From positions 1-64,000 of the forward strand of contig NMRA01000712.1 in NCBI GenBank assembly GCA_002633005.1: a DNA stretch of 64,000 nucleotides. Reading direction: 5' to 3'. The position numbers were made by a program, and so were the translations under genes. The stretch's first letter is position 1. Each line of letters starts with the position of its first letter. This document shows, piece after piece, positions 51,301 to 60,117 of this stretch. The notes under the pieces were generated by a model. The model saw only the letters and a program-made list of their open reading frames with translations. It was not told the DNA's origin and did no database searches. Origin of the DNA: Phoronis australis (taxonomy: Eukaryota; Animalia; Phoronida).

Positions 51301-51799
51301 TTTGCAAATCTTGCAATATCTTTACGGCAAAATGGTTGGTCTGGTCTGGTGTGGTACTTGTTGACTTTTGTTTCATGTCAAAGGTGCTTTTGATGCAATT
51401 GTTTTGTGTAGTTATATTCCTTTATTTCTCGCAAACTGAAACAATTGTGTCTTCATTTTGTCTATATGTAAGCTCCATCAGCCAATGGTCCTTTTTATCG
51501 TAAAATGCTTGTGCCTAGAATGAAGTGTTGTGTCGTGAATAATGTTACTCCTTCGGTAGTTTCAAGTGCGCCTTTCCAAGATGGGTGATAGCTGTGCCTG
51601 GCTCTGTGTCAGCGCTTTTCATTTCTGTTATCTCTGTGTTGTCATTTTTTGCATTAACTTTGTTTCGTCGGTGTGCGAGTTACCGTTCCAGATTTCTGCA
51701 GATTTGATAGTTGTCAAAATCATAGACGTCTGTCTGATTTCTTTTCAGCAAGCTGCTGCCTCACCAGCCAAAGGTGATGATGTGGGAACATCTGTGTAG
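12156..51799 (+). CDS. RRBP1: Ribosome-binding protein 1 / kinectin family (p180-like) ER membrane coiled-coil protein; spliced, ~1300 aa if all exons are included
   Basis: N-terminal TM anchor followed by FREKTYDEVIAEQR and a Lys-rich segment. RRBP1-type motifs KGDPLTILKKQLEEKE, KNN|DLRQKNSVAMEAL, LFPDVSV, HYKAVLATTEDMLNKLQSSVESEEKKW, and C-terminal GTSV*. All exons join in frame via GT-AG introns. Confidence 0.92.
14294..14498 (+). CDS. RRBP1: RRBP1-like exon 2
   Basis: CCTCAG acceptor, phase 1 to 2, ...PKPILMNREEK. Confidence 0.88.
16087..16337 (+). CDS. RRBP1: RRBP1-like exon 3
   Basis: CTACAG acceptor, GTGAGT donor, FHPAHMPKDEVEMKH. Confidence 0.9.
20010..20170 (+). mobile_element. Degraded partial copy of the foldback element at 57545-58111
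   Basis: GAAGCTTTT...TATAAGTACCTTT...ACACCTTTGGAGGCTATCGATGTTTTT...CTTCCAA..AACAAATACT matches the left arm near 57600-57735. Confidence 0.65.
23076..23179 (+). CDS. RRBP1: RRBP1-like exon 4 (LMSAVKSAPFNEAELQSMIDILLDRQG)
   Basis: TGTAG acceptor, GTAGGT donor; matches the family's 'FNEGEAQRLIEIL'-type motif. Confidence 0.87.
24007..24143. repeat. Minisatellite, 20-bp unit CCCCTCACGTA(A/G)TGATCCT(A/G), ~6.7 copies
   Basis: Tandem copies with alternating AAT/AGT variants, giving a 40-bp higher-order dimer. Confidence 0.95.
24188..24260 (+). CDS. RRBP1: RRBP1-like exon 5 (KTQKGDPLTILKKQLEEKEQALAD)
   Basis: CTTGCAG acceptor, GTATGT donor; highly conserved motif. Confidence 0.93.
25196..25672. 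mobile_element. Tc1/mariner(pogo)-type MITE
   Basis: TIRs TACCGTGAATTTCTGAAAATTCGTCCATG ... CATGGGCCTATATTCGGAAATTTGCGGTA with TA ends. Confidence 0.7.
25888..25930. repeat. Perfect 18-bp inverted repeat built from a tRNA T-arm/B-box (SINE-head remnant)
   Basis: GGGACTCGAACCCAGGAC-cttcacc-GTCCTGGGTTCGAGTCCC; GGTTCGAGTCC is a Pol III B-box. Confidence 0.8.
26167..26473 (+). CDS. RRBP1: RRBP1-like exon 6
   Basis: CACCAG acceptor, GTAAGT donor; coiled coil, QEIQALQVRM. Confidence 0.92.
27709..27874 (+). CDS. RRBP1: RRBP1-like exon 7
   Basis: CCTCAG acceptor, AAG|GTACAT donor. Confidence 0.88.
28387..28542 (+). CDS. RRBP1: RRBP1-like exon 8 (alternative in-frame donor at 28548)
   Basis: TTTTAG acceptor; tandem donors AAG|GTTAAG|GTAGTG. 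Confidence 0.85.
28965..29218 (+). CDS. RRBP1: RRBP1-like exon 9 (acceptor ambiguous: 28965 or 28989)
   Basis: Coiled coil ending ERPVAAPAPAAVNGDLHQDE; GTACGT donor. Confidence 0.8.
29485..29596 (+). CDS. RRBP1: RRBP1-like exon 10 (...LGEDLAAQTKKNN); acceptor could be 29497
   Basis: Frame-compatible; GTAAGA donor; ends in the conserved KNN. Confidence 0.85.
30811..30872. repeat. Alternating purine-pyrimidine (TG)n/(CG)n microsatellite
   Basis: TGTGTGTGTGTGCGTGCGTGCATGCGAGCGCGCGCGCGTGTGTGTGCGAGCGCGTGTGTGTG. Confidence 0.9.
30910..31065 (+). CDS. RRBP1: RRBP1-like repeat-array exon A (156 nt, ELRQKNSKVMEAL...)
   Basis: ATACAG acceptor, GTAAGC donor, phase 0-0. Confidence 0.88.
31713..32177 (+). 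CDS. RRBP1: RRBP1-like repeat-array exon B (465 nt)
   Basis: GGTAG acceptor, GTAAGC donor, long coiled-coil ORF, phase 0-0. Confidence 0.88.
32549..32704 (+). CDS. RRBP1: RRBP1-like repeat-array exon C (156 nt)
   Basis: GGTCAG acceptor, GTGAGC donor, phase 0-0. Confidence 0.87.
32904..33562. other. 329-bp direct duplication split by a single N; probable assembly overlap artefact
   Basis: 32904-33232 repeats at 33234-33562 with two substitutions seen; N at 33233. Confidence 0.85.
33823..33978 (+). CDS. RRBP1: RRBP1-like repeat-array exon D (156 nt)
   Basis: TTTTAG acceptor, GTAAGA donor; ALEEQYVQARRSLSESEGSLEEVARLQTLLETRDKELQSVKEQLDQGTKLSD. Confidence 0.85.
34204..34500. mobile_element. hAT-like MITE remnant
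   Basis: Termini CAGGGCCCT ... AGGGCCCTG; no clear target-site duplication. Confidence 0.45.
35162..35266 (+). CDS. RRBP1: RRBP1-like repeat-array exon E (105 nt)
   Basis: Long polypyrimidine tract plus CACCAG, GTAAGC donor; ESTDFVSKFRSELDSKLTEILWLSGELETQKRINI. Confidence 0.82.
36181..36315 (+). CDS. RRBP1: RRBP1-like repeat-array exon F (135 nt)
   Basis: CATTTAG acceptor, GTAAGA donor; DLRNQLSNREHGRIDVVQLWKELNQRQARIDLLGAQLADEHNCSH. Confidence 0.7.
37634..37699 (+). CDS. RRBP1: RRBP1-like exon (DLRQKNSVAMEALEKAEKAVKK)
   Basis: TTGTAG acceptor, GTATGA donor; conserved family motif. Confidence 0.9.
38541..38708. mobile_element. ~170-bp MITE, copy 1
   Basis: TIRs TGACCTATCGC ... GTGATAGGTCAATT; similar over its full length to 38997-39170. 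Confidence 0.85.
38729..38809 (+). CDS. RRBP1: RRBP1-like exon (…VLCRLFPDVSVSADSK)
   Basis: TTGCAG acceptor, GTGTGT donor. Confidence 0.87.
38997..39170. mobile_element. ~170-bp MITE, copy 2
   Basis: TIRs AATTGACCTATCGC ... GCGACAGGTTAATT. Confidence 0.85.
39896..39961 (+). CDS. RRBP1: RRBP1-like exon (SPAWLSSFEKEASDYLKQLHTK)
   Basis: TTGCAG acceptor, GTGAGT donor. Confidence 0.87.
40220..40279 (+). CDS. RRBP1: RRBP1-like exon (…IEHYKAVLATT)
   Basis: TTGCAG acceptor, GTAGGC donor. Confidence 0.87.
40782..40934 (+). CDS. RRBP1: RRBP1-like exon (EDMLNKLQSSVESEEKKW)
   Basis: TTACAG acceptor, GTAAGT donor; conserved motif. Confidence 0.92.
41726..41791 (+). CDS. RRBP1: RRBP1-like probable cassette exon (DLSSVNFAYRCVEKSLSTISEE)
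   Basis: Polypyrimidine tract plus GATAG acceptor, GAG|GTAACT donor, 66 nt, open frame. Confidence 0.75.
43080..43124 (+). CDS. RRBP1: Candidate 45-nt cassette exon (IPLTQLKRCSDLVFK)
   Basis: ACTAAC/CTAAC branch-like motifs, TATGCAG acceptor, AAG|GTGGGA donor, open phase-0 frame. Confidence 0.4.
44077..44160 (+). CDS. RRBP1: RRBP1-like exon (MEDRIKDLEQRLQNVEKEKQ)
   Basis: TTCCAG acceptor, GTATGA donor. Confidence 0.88.
44714..44809 (+). CDS. RRBP1: RRBP1-like exon (QLDEVKSLAESQQK...)
   Basis: TTCTAG acceptor, GTAAGT donor. Confidence 0.87.
45581..45643 (+). CDS. RRBP1: Candidate 63-nt cassette exon (EFYQLSNMTQHGWDIVQPELE)
   Basis: CTTAAT branch-like site, CTTGCTTTACACCTAG acceptor, GAG|GTAATG donor, open phase-0 frame. 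Confidence 0.6.
46492..46524 (+). CDS. RRBP1: RRBP1-like 33-nt exon (ESSSTATQVEE)
   Basis: CTCTTTTTAAG acceptor, GAG|GTATGT donor. Confidence 0.72.
48127..48135 (+). CDS. RRBP1: Candidate 9-nt microexon (CVQ) or recursive splice site
   Basis: TTTTAGTCTCTTTCTTCCTAATGTAG|TGTGTGCAG|GTATGT. Confidence 0.35.
48271..48480. mobile_element. ~210-bp MITE whose TIRs each contain a CTCF-like motif
   Basis: Left AATGGGTGACTCGAAGTTCACTAGGTGGCG versus right reverse complement AATGGTTCACTCGATGGTCACTAGGTGGTG. Confidence 0.7.
48616..48693 (+). CDS. RRBP1: RRBP1-like exon (LNSKLNEREKLLQNEMAKTRQLTYKL)
   Basis: TTACAG acceptor, GTAAGT donor. Confidence 0.87.
49502..49765. mobile_element. ~265-bp hairpin MITE with ~100-bp arms
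   Basis: CTAACTTTATTTAAGATGCAAGTAGATTATTGACCAATCGCATGAGTAAACTG...TTGGTTAATTTTCTAAGTGTGTC pairs with GACACACTTAGAAAATTAACCAA...CAGTTTACTCAAGCGATTGCTCAATAATCTACTTACGTCTTAACTGAAGTTAG. Confidence 0.85.
49832..49837 (+). CDS. RRBP1: Candidate 6-nt microexon (AGAATG, RM)
   Basis: CTAATC branch site, TTCTCATTGCACTTTTAACAG acceptor, ATG|GTAAGT consensus donor. Confidence 0.55.
50185..50558. mobile_element. MITE family member; related copies near 2375-2585 (opposite orientation) and 26513-26646
   Basis: Termini TAGGGCCC...GGGGCCTA; internal AAGTACGAACTTGGACT matches the reverse complement of AGTCCAAGTTCATACT at ~2481. Confidence 0.5.
51749..51799 (+). CDS. RRBP1: RRBP1-like terminal coding exon (QAAASPAKGDDVGTSV*)
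   Basis: TTTCTTTTCAG acceptor; C-terminal GTSV as in vertebrate RRBP1 (class I PDZ-binding motif). Confidence 0.9.
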   Translation, partial: QAAASPAKGDDVGTSV

Positions 51800-53880
51800 C
51801 CCAAGGCATCGATTCCGATCCATCTAATTCACCACAAACAAGAAGGACAAACATTCCTCATTAAGGAAAGCACATTGTCACCACATCAGTTTGCTTTAGC
51901 TAGTTTTCTTATTAGTTTCAGTTAAGAACTATCAAAAGGTTAAGACCAACCCTGTTTGCTTTAGATTTAAACATTCAATTTGGCTATGCTTAGGAACGGT
52001 CATGTAGCGACTATTCAGAAGGAAATTTTAAAACCTTAATTAAGACATTAAAATGTTGCCGACTTGGAATCCCACTTGATTTACGTTGACTAGAGACATT
52101 TAACTACACCTTTGATTTCAAAATCAAATTCATTTTTCAACAATTGATCCGTAAAGATAGAGTTTATGAGGCTCTCTTATGCAGTAATGCAGTCATAAAT
52201 GAGTTTTCCTTTCAAGCATTTGTTTCATTGATTGATATGTAGGGTTAATGAACTAGTCTATATGCTTTCACCAGTTGACTGTTTTTCACAAAGTGCCATT
52301 TGATGCAATGCTTGAAATGTCTCGTTATGTTGGATTTTTTTCATACTAGAGTGTTTGCAAACTGCAGGGCCTTGTGTAGTGTAGAAGACAGTTCTTAAAA
52401 AAAACCATCGTGGACGCAACAGATTTAACTGTTGGAGAAATTGTCGTTTTGCCAAGCACAGTTTCAATACTTTGAAAATCCAGTACATCTTGCAACTTTT
52501 GTTTATTTGTTTTTTGTTCAATGCACAGCTTTACGCAATGCCTTTGTGTATACTGGGCTGAAACCGTGAACGTATTATTCGAAGAAATTGTTATGTCCCA
52601 TGTTCCTTCTATTGAGGCAGCCTTCCTTGAATCACAACTGGAAGGCATGTCTCCTAAGTGTCAACAAGAATTAGGTGCAATACAAGAGATTGTGTGATTT
52701 GCTATTAGGTTTTTCTCGTCAGAAATTTCTACGATTTATTATTTTTTGAAAATTGACATCGAGCCAGTGGTCTGTAAGTTTTTAACAGAGAATCGACTTG
52801 TGAAGTTGTTTGTGTTGCTTAACAAGAGTTTGTGGTCGTATTGTTTGAGAATGCTTAGTTGATGGTTACTGTTGTAATCTTGGTGGTGGTGAGAGTGATT
52901 CTGTGGTCAACTTGGAAAGATTTTAAAAGCGATGCATCGTGTATGCTTTAGGTTACATGTCAGAGTTGCTATATACCTGACTGATGGAAGATCAAACTTA
53001 GATGTGCTTGTGTTCTGCATTTAAACTGCTCGCGCCATGTGACGAGTGTTTCACAGACGATTATACGGACAGGAAATGTAGCAAGAGTTGTTTCCGCTTT
53101 GAAACCACTTGTTAGGAATGTCATGAACTTGTCTGAAAGTTATATCTATAAAGTGCTTCTGTAAAATGGTTTGTTGTTTTATTCTGTGCTCCATGATTTA
53201 CAAGCTTTTAATGTTGGACTCTCATGTCGTCAGATTCGTTAACTTCGTATGTCTGGATGGATGAATGTTGTCTGTGATGGACACAATTCTGAAATGCTTC
53301 TGATAACGCTAGAGATTGATGCTTTTGATAAATAACTGGAGACACCAATCCTGCGCAAGCTAACACGAAACCTGTACTGCAAATTGGAGCTTGCACATGG
53401 GCCAAACTTACTCCATATCCACCGAGACCCAGATTGTTGCATGTTTCTTTTGAGGTCCATTGGCACAAACAATTTTATCATTTGTTCACAAGTTGATCTC
53501 TGCAAACTGAATTTTTGTGCAGTCTGATTTTGTGTGATGGAAACGACATTTTTGAGAAGGCAAAACATTGAAGGGGAATTCCAAAGCCTGTTGAAACTAG
53601 TGTATGGAAATAATTGTTGGCTAAAGATGAATGAGAATCACAACCCATCAGCCTATGTTGAGGATGCACCAGATAATTATCATCAGACAAAAAGAAAGGA
53701 AAATCTTACCATTTGGCTGTACAAGGAAATTATTTCAACTTCTCCATAGGTGGCAGTTCACGGTGAGAACAAAGGACTGCTTACTGTACCAGGAAGGTAT
53801 GTGATTAGCATTGTTTCATGGACGTTTCTCTGAACTCTCCCTTCATTTTTCACAACAGAAAAGTTAAATATTTAAAAACC

Positions 53881-53894
53881 TTTATTTTAATAAA
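53881..53894. terminator. Back-to-back polyadenylation hexamers (AATAAA on minus at 53881-53886; AATAAA on plus at 53889-53894)
   Basis: TTTATT-TT-AATAAA, 236 nt past the POLR2I stop; the first canonical plus-strand hexamer I found after the RRBP1 stop. Confidence 0.55.
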
Positions 53895-54121
53895 GTGGCA
53901 CTTCTCAAACACATAATTCCTGCATCAATGAACTTTTCCAACTAAATTAAATCATCACCATTTGCAGATCTAGTCCATGACAGTTTTACAAAACATCCTC
54001 AATGCTACATTGGGTCGTGAAAGGCCCACAACACATTGTGGAGTCTTGCTTCGTGGCTTTACTCCGGATCACTGTGTAAAGTCAATGGCTCGGCTAACAA
54101 CAGTCATGATCAAACCCTGGG

Positions 54122-54184
54122 TTATTCAGTCCACCTGTGGGTACAGTTTGGCGATGTACACACGTAATATAGCCTCATGCCCTC
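54122..54184 (-). CDS. POLR2I: POLR2I exon 5
   Basis: [20 protein letters not shown]. Confidence 0.96.
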   Translation of the reverse strand, partial: EGMRLYYVCTSPNCTHRWTE

Positions 54185-57100
54185 CTGAAACGAGAGCAGC
54201 AAAAGTTTTGAAACCACTAAAAACCGTGCTCAAAACACCCAACTTTCTTCACAGCCATGTTCTTCCACAGCAGTCTTATCTTTAGTTTGAGTTAACATTG
54301 GTCAAAAACTAAATCGCCAGTGACTGACATCTGCCTTGATGGCTGAAATTAACCTCTCCCCCCACAACCAAGCAAATGTATTTAATGGGTCTGTGCTCGA
54401 GCATTAATGACCTGTCGGTTCTTCTCAAGCTTACAAATCATTTCTGCTCTGAGTAAGGAACAAGATGAGACTGATTTCATTTAACAGTAAATGTCCTAAA
54501 TCAAAAGTTGATTTTTGGCAGGAGTAGGTGTATGGTCTTAAATGATGGGTAAACTGTTTTGTGGAGGAGCAACCAGCAGACAAAAACAGGTTGTACAGTA
54601 ATTTTTCAGTTGGTGCACACAACTTTCCCAATGTAAAGTAATTTTTCAGTTGGCGTGCACAACTTTTCCAGTGTACAGTAATTTTTCAGTTGGCGCACAC
54701 TTTTCCAATGTACAGTAATTTTTAAGTTGGTGCACACAACTTTTCCACAGAACACTTCCCTGCTACGGCGCAGTAAATCTTGCACCTGGTGGACATTGAT
54801 AAGTCCAAATATACACGGTGCAGTTCTAGTCTTTGCACTCGGCTCTCCAAGTAAGTCAGATTTCGTCTTGCTGAGATAAAATCTCGGCGAGGATAAAATC
54901 CCACTTTGCCAGGTAGTAACTGGTGGGCACCGGAAGAGCTTCAATGACTTTGGGCACCCGAGCGCCAAACATGCACTGTAAACTTTACGCCAGTCGTGAT
55001 AAAACGACGATATTGTTGCAAAAACACCACATACTTGATCACTGCTACCAAACTGATCCTAATGCATTCGAACACATCCTTAGTGTTGAAATATGACTAA
55101 ATGTTGACTCACCTCAGCTCTGTTTGTTTGTGACTGGAAAAACACTGCCTCTTTATGGTCACATTTTGGACATGGGTGGTCTTCTGTTCTTGGGAGGGTC
55201 GGGTCAGCAATCACATCTGCAACTATCTGTGTCAACTCGCTGCGAACAGAAATAAACCATTTTTAGTATTTTATTGCAGGCAGTCCATAAGGGAATCCCA
55301 TGTTTGCTTCAGCTATATCTGGGGGTGGGGAACCTCACCCCCGACAATAGTTGAGTTGAAGGAAATGGGTTATTTTTTGAGAACTGGGTAGGATTGAAAT
55401 CAAATGGGTGTGACTGCGGGGGTATGTTTTCGGTGTTTGAAGAGCAAATTTGTTGCGACACAACTCCATATAATGGCACTTGTTTCCCCCCTGACAAAAC
55501 GTGGATTCATCATCCCCTGGCCAGATTCCATTTTACAAATGTGTCCATTTTTTAAAGGAGGCAAATCTAAAATGGAAGACTTTTGGGGGTCTTCCTTTAA
55601 TAGTACGCATGCCTAAAATGACGTTACTTCTTATGTATTTTCTTAACCTTCTATGCTAACAATTCAATTTTAAATCATTCAATTTTATCTGGACACAATG
55701 GAGCTAAGTCCGATTGAGAAGTCGGTGCATTGTTAAGATTTTAAACAACCAGAGATTTGGGACAAATTCAAAAATTTTGTGGAACAAAAAGTTATCCACA
55801 ATTTATGGTAAAAATTCTTGGGCGTAGTATGGCCAAAACATGGACTTTCATTTTGTAAACGTTTCAATAATGTCAAAAAACTTAACTGCTCGTCGCAGTG
55901 TTAACTGTGCAGGAGTCGACAAAACATTTAACACAATGTTGAGTATTACCAGCAAAGTCATAAGTCCCAAACATTTAAAACTTGCAATTTTACCAAGTAT
56001 TGATGGAACAAATAGAAGTATTTTATCTCACCTCGTCAATTACAGACCTAAACACAAACTTCAGAAAGATAAGTAATACACAACCTGACTCCTGCTTGGT
56101 GTCACATCAAGATTTGGGACTGCAGCTTAAAACACGTTTTACAAACTTTGACTTTAATGATTGACTTACTCAACTTCATGAGTAATCTTGTTCACATAAA
56201 TACAAGGATTGTCCGCCTCCTGTTGGTAATCACAGTTGCGACACTGAAATACAAAAAGACAATAACAATCCAGGAAAAAAGCACAATGGTTGAAGACAAC
56301 ATCACTTAAAGAAAAAGCAAAAATGGAGTTCAACCTAATGAGCTGCAAGGTGCATTTGTAACCTGAAACTTAGAAAGACGAGTGGAGACTTCGAATGCTG
56401 GCGTTATTGACATTCCAACTGAAACTCATTTTTTTCAAGCTTTTCCCCATAATGAGCAAAAATAGGAGTAACTCGTGTGAATCTTAGTGATTTTATAAAA
56501 TTTTGACAAACTCAGTTAAATTACAATCACCAATTTGTGAATTGCAAACATGGGAAATGCTCAATTGATCTTCGATGTTTCATTAGTCATTTAATATTGA
56601 GAACTATCACAATTTCCTTGATGCGTCAAAGAAAAGATATTTCAGGCACCAGACATACAACAATGGCAATACAAACGAAATCAGTACCAAGACGGACACG
56701 AGTCGTGCATGGCCACTGGCATAGTTAAATCAACAGATCATTTACAAACTTAGCATCTTTTTTCTGCATCTTGGCTTTGCTGAACGATTGGAAAATAGCA
56801 AAATATTACAATTACATCAGAGTAAAGGTGCTAATTGCAATGCTTGAAGACTTGTTTGTTATTTGTATCGAGGGCTAATTAACAATACGGCCTTGGGATG
56901 GACTTTATGAAAACGAGACTGCAGTACAGCTGGGTCTGTTGGCTAATCCAATACCATTACAACAAATATAAGGGAATAATTTTAACAAACTGATGCCACG
57001 TGAAATCAATCTTTTGATGCAGTAGCACTTTATTCTTATTTTCATAAACAATTACAAGACTGCGCCAGAACCTTTTTGTGATGGTCAAAAGGTGGTACAT

Positions 57101-58523
57101 AAACGGTAACATTTGCTACTTTTCGGACTGCAAATGTCAGTAACATGAGAATTACAATTTGCAAACATCTGCTACATAAACCCTACATTGAACCCACCGC
57201 ATAGAGAAGACATCTGTGTTCTTTGTCTTCCTTTGGATATAGCATGTTGTTACTGAAAGAGATGAAAAATAGCTCATGACATTGAAACTCGTTCTATCAG
57301 AGTTTAAACATACAACTCGAGGAATAAATACACAAAGGTATGACATCACTGAACAGAACTTCCAAGATTTCAAACTTCAATCAGTGGCTGGAGTTCCCAC
57401 CACTAGTAGTCAACATCATCCCATGGAAGGAGACAAGACGAGACGAGTAGGAAACAAAACAATCAACATACAAATGCTAACAATGGCAATGCCAAAGGAC
57501 TAGTAGACTATACAGAGCACCTTTGGACTAATGCCATGTAACCATAGACAGCGACTACCGTCTCTAGCTGGCAGTAGACAGTGAAGCTCTTCATACGTTC
57601 GAAGCTTTTTGGCGAATTATGCCTTACACTGACTAAAACATTAGTTATAAGTACCTTTTGCGAATAGAGGGACACCTTAGGAGGCCGTCGATGTTTTTAA
57701 TTCCTTCCAACTTGAACAAATACTCCTGTTATCAAACTTTTTCTTCAAGCTCAGCTTCATTCAGAGCCTATAATCCGTAAATGGCCATTTTTACACTGTG
57801 CACGCTATAATTTTTACTACGCCCAATAGTTGCGCATGCACTGTTAAAAATCACCAGTTACCCAGTTTGGGAGCTGAACCAAGGACTGCTCGAAGAAAAA
57901 GTTTGATAACAGGAGTATTTGTTTGAGTTGGAAGGAAGTAAAGACATCGATGGCCTCCAAAAGTGTCCTTCCATGTGCAAATGGTAATTCTAACTTTGAT
58001 TGTTTTAATCAGTGCGAGGCATAATTTGATGAAAAGCTTCTGGCGTATGAATCTCTTATTATAGCAGCTTCACCCTCTCTACTGCCAGCTAGAAACGGTG
58101 GTCACTGTCTAATCATCTAATGTAACCTGTGGCTGTGAGGTCAATCATAACAACTTAATAACCTTTCTCTCTCTCTTCCTTAAAATTCATACTCGAATTA
58201 AGTCGAGTATTCCGAAATAGTTCTCATTTATTCCCTTGCATAAATTCATTCCCTTGCATAAATTCATTCATTCACAAGTAAGACTGAGCCTAGAGTAGAG
58301 GAGTATGACGAGTATGTGACACTTTTGTGCAATGCTCGATTGTCCGCCAGTAAAGGCTAAGCTGGGATTTGAAACCGGTGGTCTCCAAACGGGAGTCCGT
58401 TGCTCAAACCACTGAGACACACTGTTTCTTCGGACAGGACACCACAACTCACCATTCTTTACAAAACTTAATGCCCACAAAGCCGGGTCCTTGACTCGCT
58501 TGCTCATAAATACTGAGATCCAT
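54122..58523 (-). CDS. POLR2I: DNA-directed RNA polymerase II subunit RPB9, complete, 129 aa
   Basis: Exons 58453-58523, 57198-57252, 56170-56243, 55113-55239, 54122-54184 give [129 protein letters not shown], with both zinc ribbons intact. Confidence 0.98.
54592..54747. repeat. Minisatellite, ~40-bp unit TGTACAGTAATTTTTCAGTTGGTGCACACAACTTTTCCAA, ~4 copies
   Basis: Tandem copies read directly, in the last POLR2I intron. Confidence 0.93.
55113..55239 (-). CDS. POLR2I: POLR2I exon 4
   Basis: [36 protein letters not shown], 127 nt. Confidence 0.96.
56170..56243 (-). CDS. POLR2I: POLR2I exon 3
   Basis: [24 protein letters not shown], 74 nt. Confidence 0.97.
57198..57252 (-). CDS. POLR2I: POLR2I exon 2
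   Basis: [18 protein letters not shown], 55 nt. Confidence 0.96.
57545..58111. mobile_element. Foldback/MITE, ~570 bp, with ~220-bp imperfect TIRs and TA ends
   Basis: TAGACAGCGACTACCGTCTCTAGCTGGCAGTAGA...AACAAATACTCCTGTTATCAAACTTTTTCTTC pairs with GAAGAAAAAGTTTGATAACAGGAGTATTTGTT...TCTACTGCCAGCTAGAAACGGTGGTCACTGTCTA. Confidence 0.88.
58361..58420 (-). mobile_element. tRNA-derived SINE head remnant in POLR2I intron 1
   Basis: Minus strand GTGTCTCAGTGGTTTGAGC (A-box-like) ... GGTTTCAAATCCCAGC (B-box-like); no intact cloverleaf. Confidence 0.55.
58453..58523 (-). CDS. POLR2I: POLR2I exon 1
   Basis: ACCATGG start, [18 protein letters not shown] donor. Confidence 0.95.
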
Positions 58524-60117
58524 GGTAAAAACGCAAAAGCAAGCAAAACTTGGGCCACAATAAAACTTGTTTTCTTAGAACGGAGAGCCGTTGGTGTTAA
58601 TCAAAAGCCACGGTAGAATGTTTAAATTCTGGTTACTTTGAGCACAGAAATAGATTTGCTCTCCTGAAATACATATGTATAATACGTTGCATTGAATAAT
58701 AAAAGAAATGGCTCTTTTGAGTGAAGCTGCTAAAGAATTAACTAATTTCAAATCAGTTGGGTAGCATTGAACCAAGCTTGGAGTTGTTTCCCCTTACAAG
58801 CGAGGGACATAAGTCGTACACTTAAGGGTGAACAGAGAAGTTTATTCTTCAATATCAAACATATATATTGTACATATCCAGCTTTGATGTCACTAAACAA
58901 AGGAAAGTGCCGCTACAAGGTGATTAGATAAAAACAATACAATAAAAAACAATCTGAGTTAATCTAAACTAGTAACATCACTAATCTAACCTAAACTAAA
59001 GTGAACTAATAAAAAGAATGCAATCGCAGATAAAATGCAATAATTAGGTATTTATTTCTTTTTACAGATTTAGCTGCCACAAAAAACAACAAAAGAAAAC
59101 AGAGTATAGACAAGAGAACTAAATAACGAAAGCAAAGCGACAATTAAACCGAACACGAGCCAGACAATGAACAATCGTACAACTCACTAATAGGATTCCA
59201 CTTTTTGAAACATTTTGAAACTTTAAAAACATAAAATAATACTATGAGTATTCGTCAGGAGAAAGACAATTACTGTTGATTAAAAAGAGAAATTAAATTT
59301 CAAACAACTGTTCTTTTTAAAGAAGGGGGTAAGTAAAGTAGGCCGGACGTTGATCCCATCAACGACAAAACGTGTAAACAGGATAATTAATACAGTTCTT
59401 GTATTCATAGGGTTTGATGAACTCACTCTCACAAAATTACAAGAAAGTAAGTTATTCTAAATTGGTAACAGAGTTTTAAACAATTAAATTTAAATATGAT
59501 CTCAAGAAATAAACGGTATTTGATTTATTTTACAAATAGGACGTGTCTTTTAATGTCTTTCAAAAGTATTTAAAATCCGTTTTTATCCGTCTCTACTCAC
59601 TACAGCTTGGCTCTGTCAGGGTATGTATGATCTGGTCAAGAGTACGCCAATTTTCTGTATGTAATATCACAGGCTATTTCAGCATCACAAAAACATATGT
59701 GAAACGATGGATTTAAGTGGGCTTGACATGTTTCGGCGTTCATTAGAACACCAAGTCTGAAGTGGTTTGGAACAGGTACTTGGCGCAAATCGATGCAGAA
59801 GTACTTGCACTATCGGTGTTGCATCACTAAGATTTATTATGACGCTTATAGAGTCCATATTCCCTCACCATACCTAGTCAAGTATACGGAAAACACGCGC
59901 TTCGAAGAATTTTTTATGTATGTTTGATATCCCAGGACCTTCAAGACCATAAACTTTGAAGCCAAGTGCCCTACCCGGCTGCAGCCTCGGTCAAAGCGCT
60001 GATGTCACCGCAAAATTTACTAGTGAATGAGTGTTCTTCAAAAAAGTTTTGTATACCTACAGTTTCCTCTTGCTGTACGGTGAAAGCTGATGAGCTAAGG
60101 CAATGATCCCACGACCA

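Noticed and set aside
58361-58420. tRNA gene (also 25888-25930 and ~26766-26795)
   Set aside because: Only A/B-box-like fragments are present; no complete acceptor or anticodon stems.
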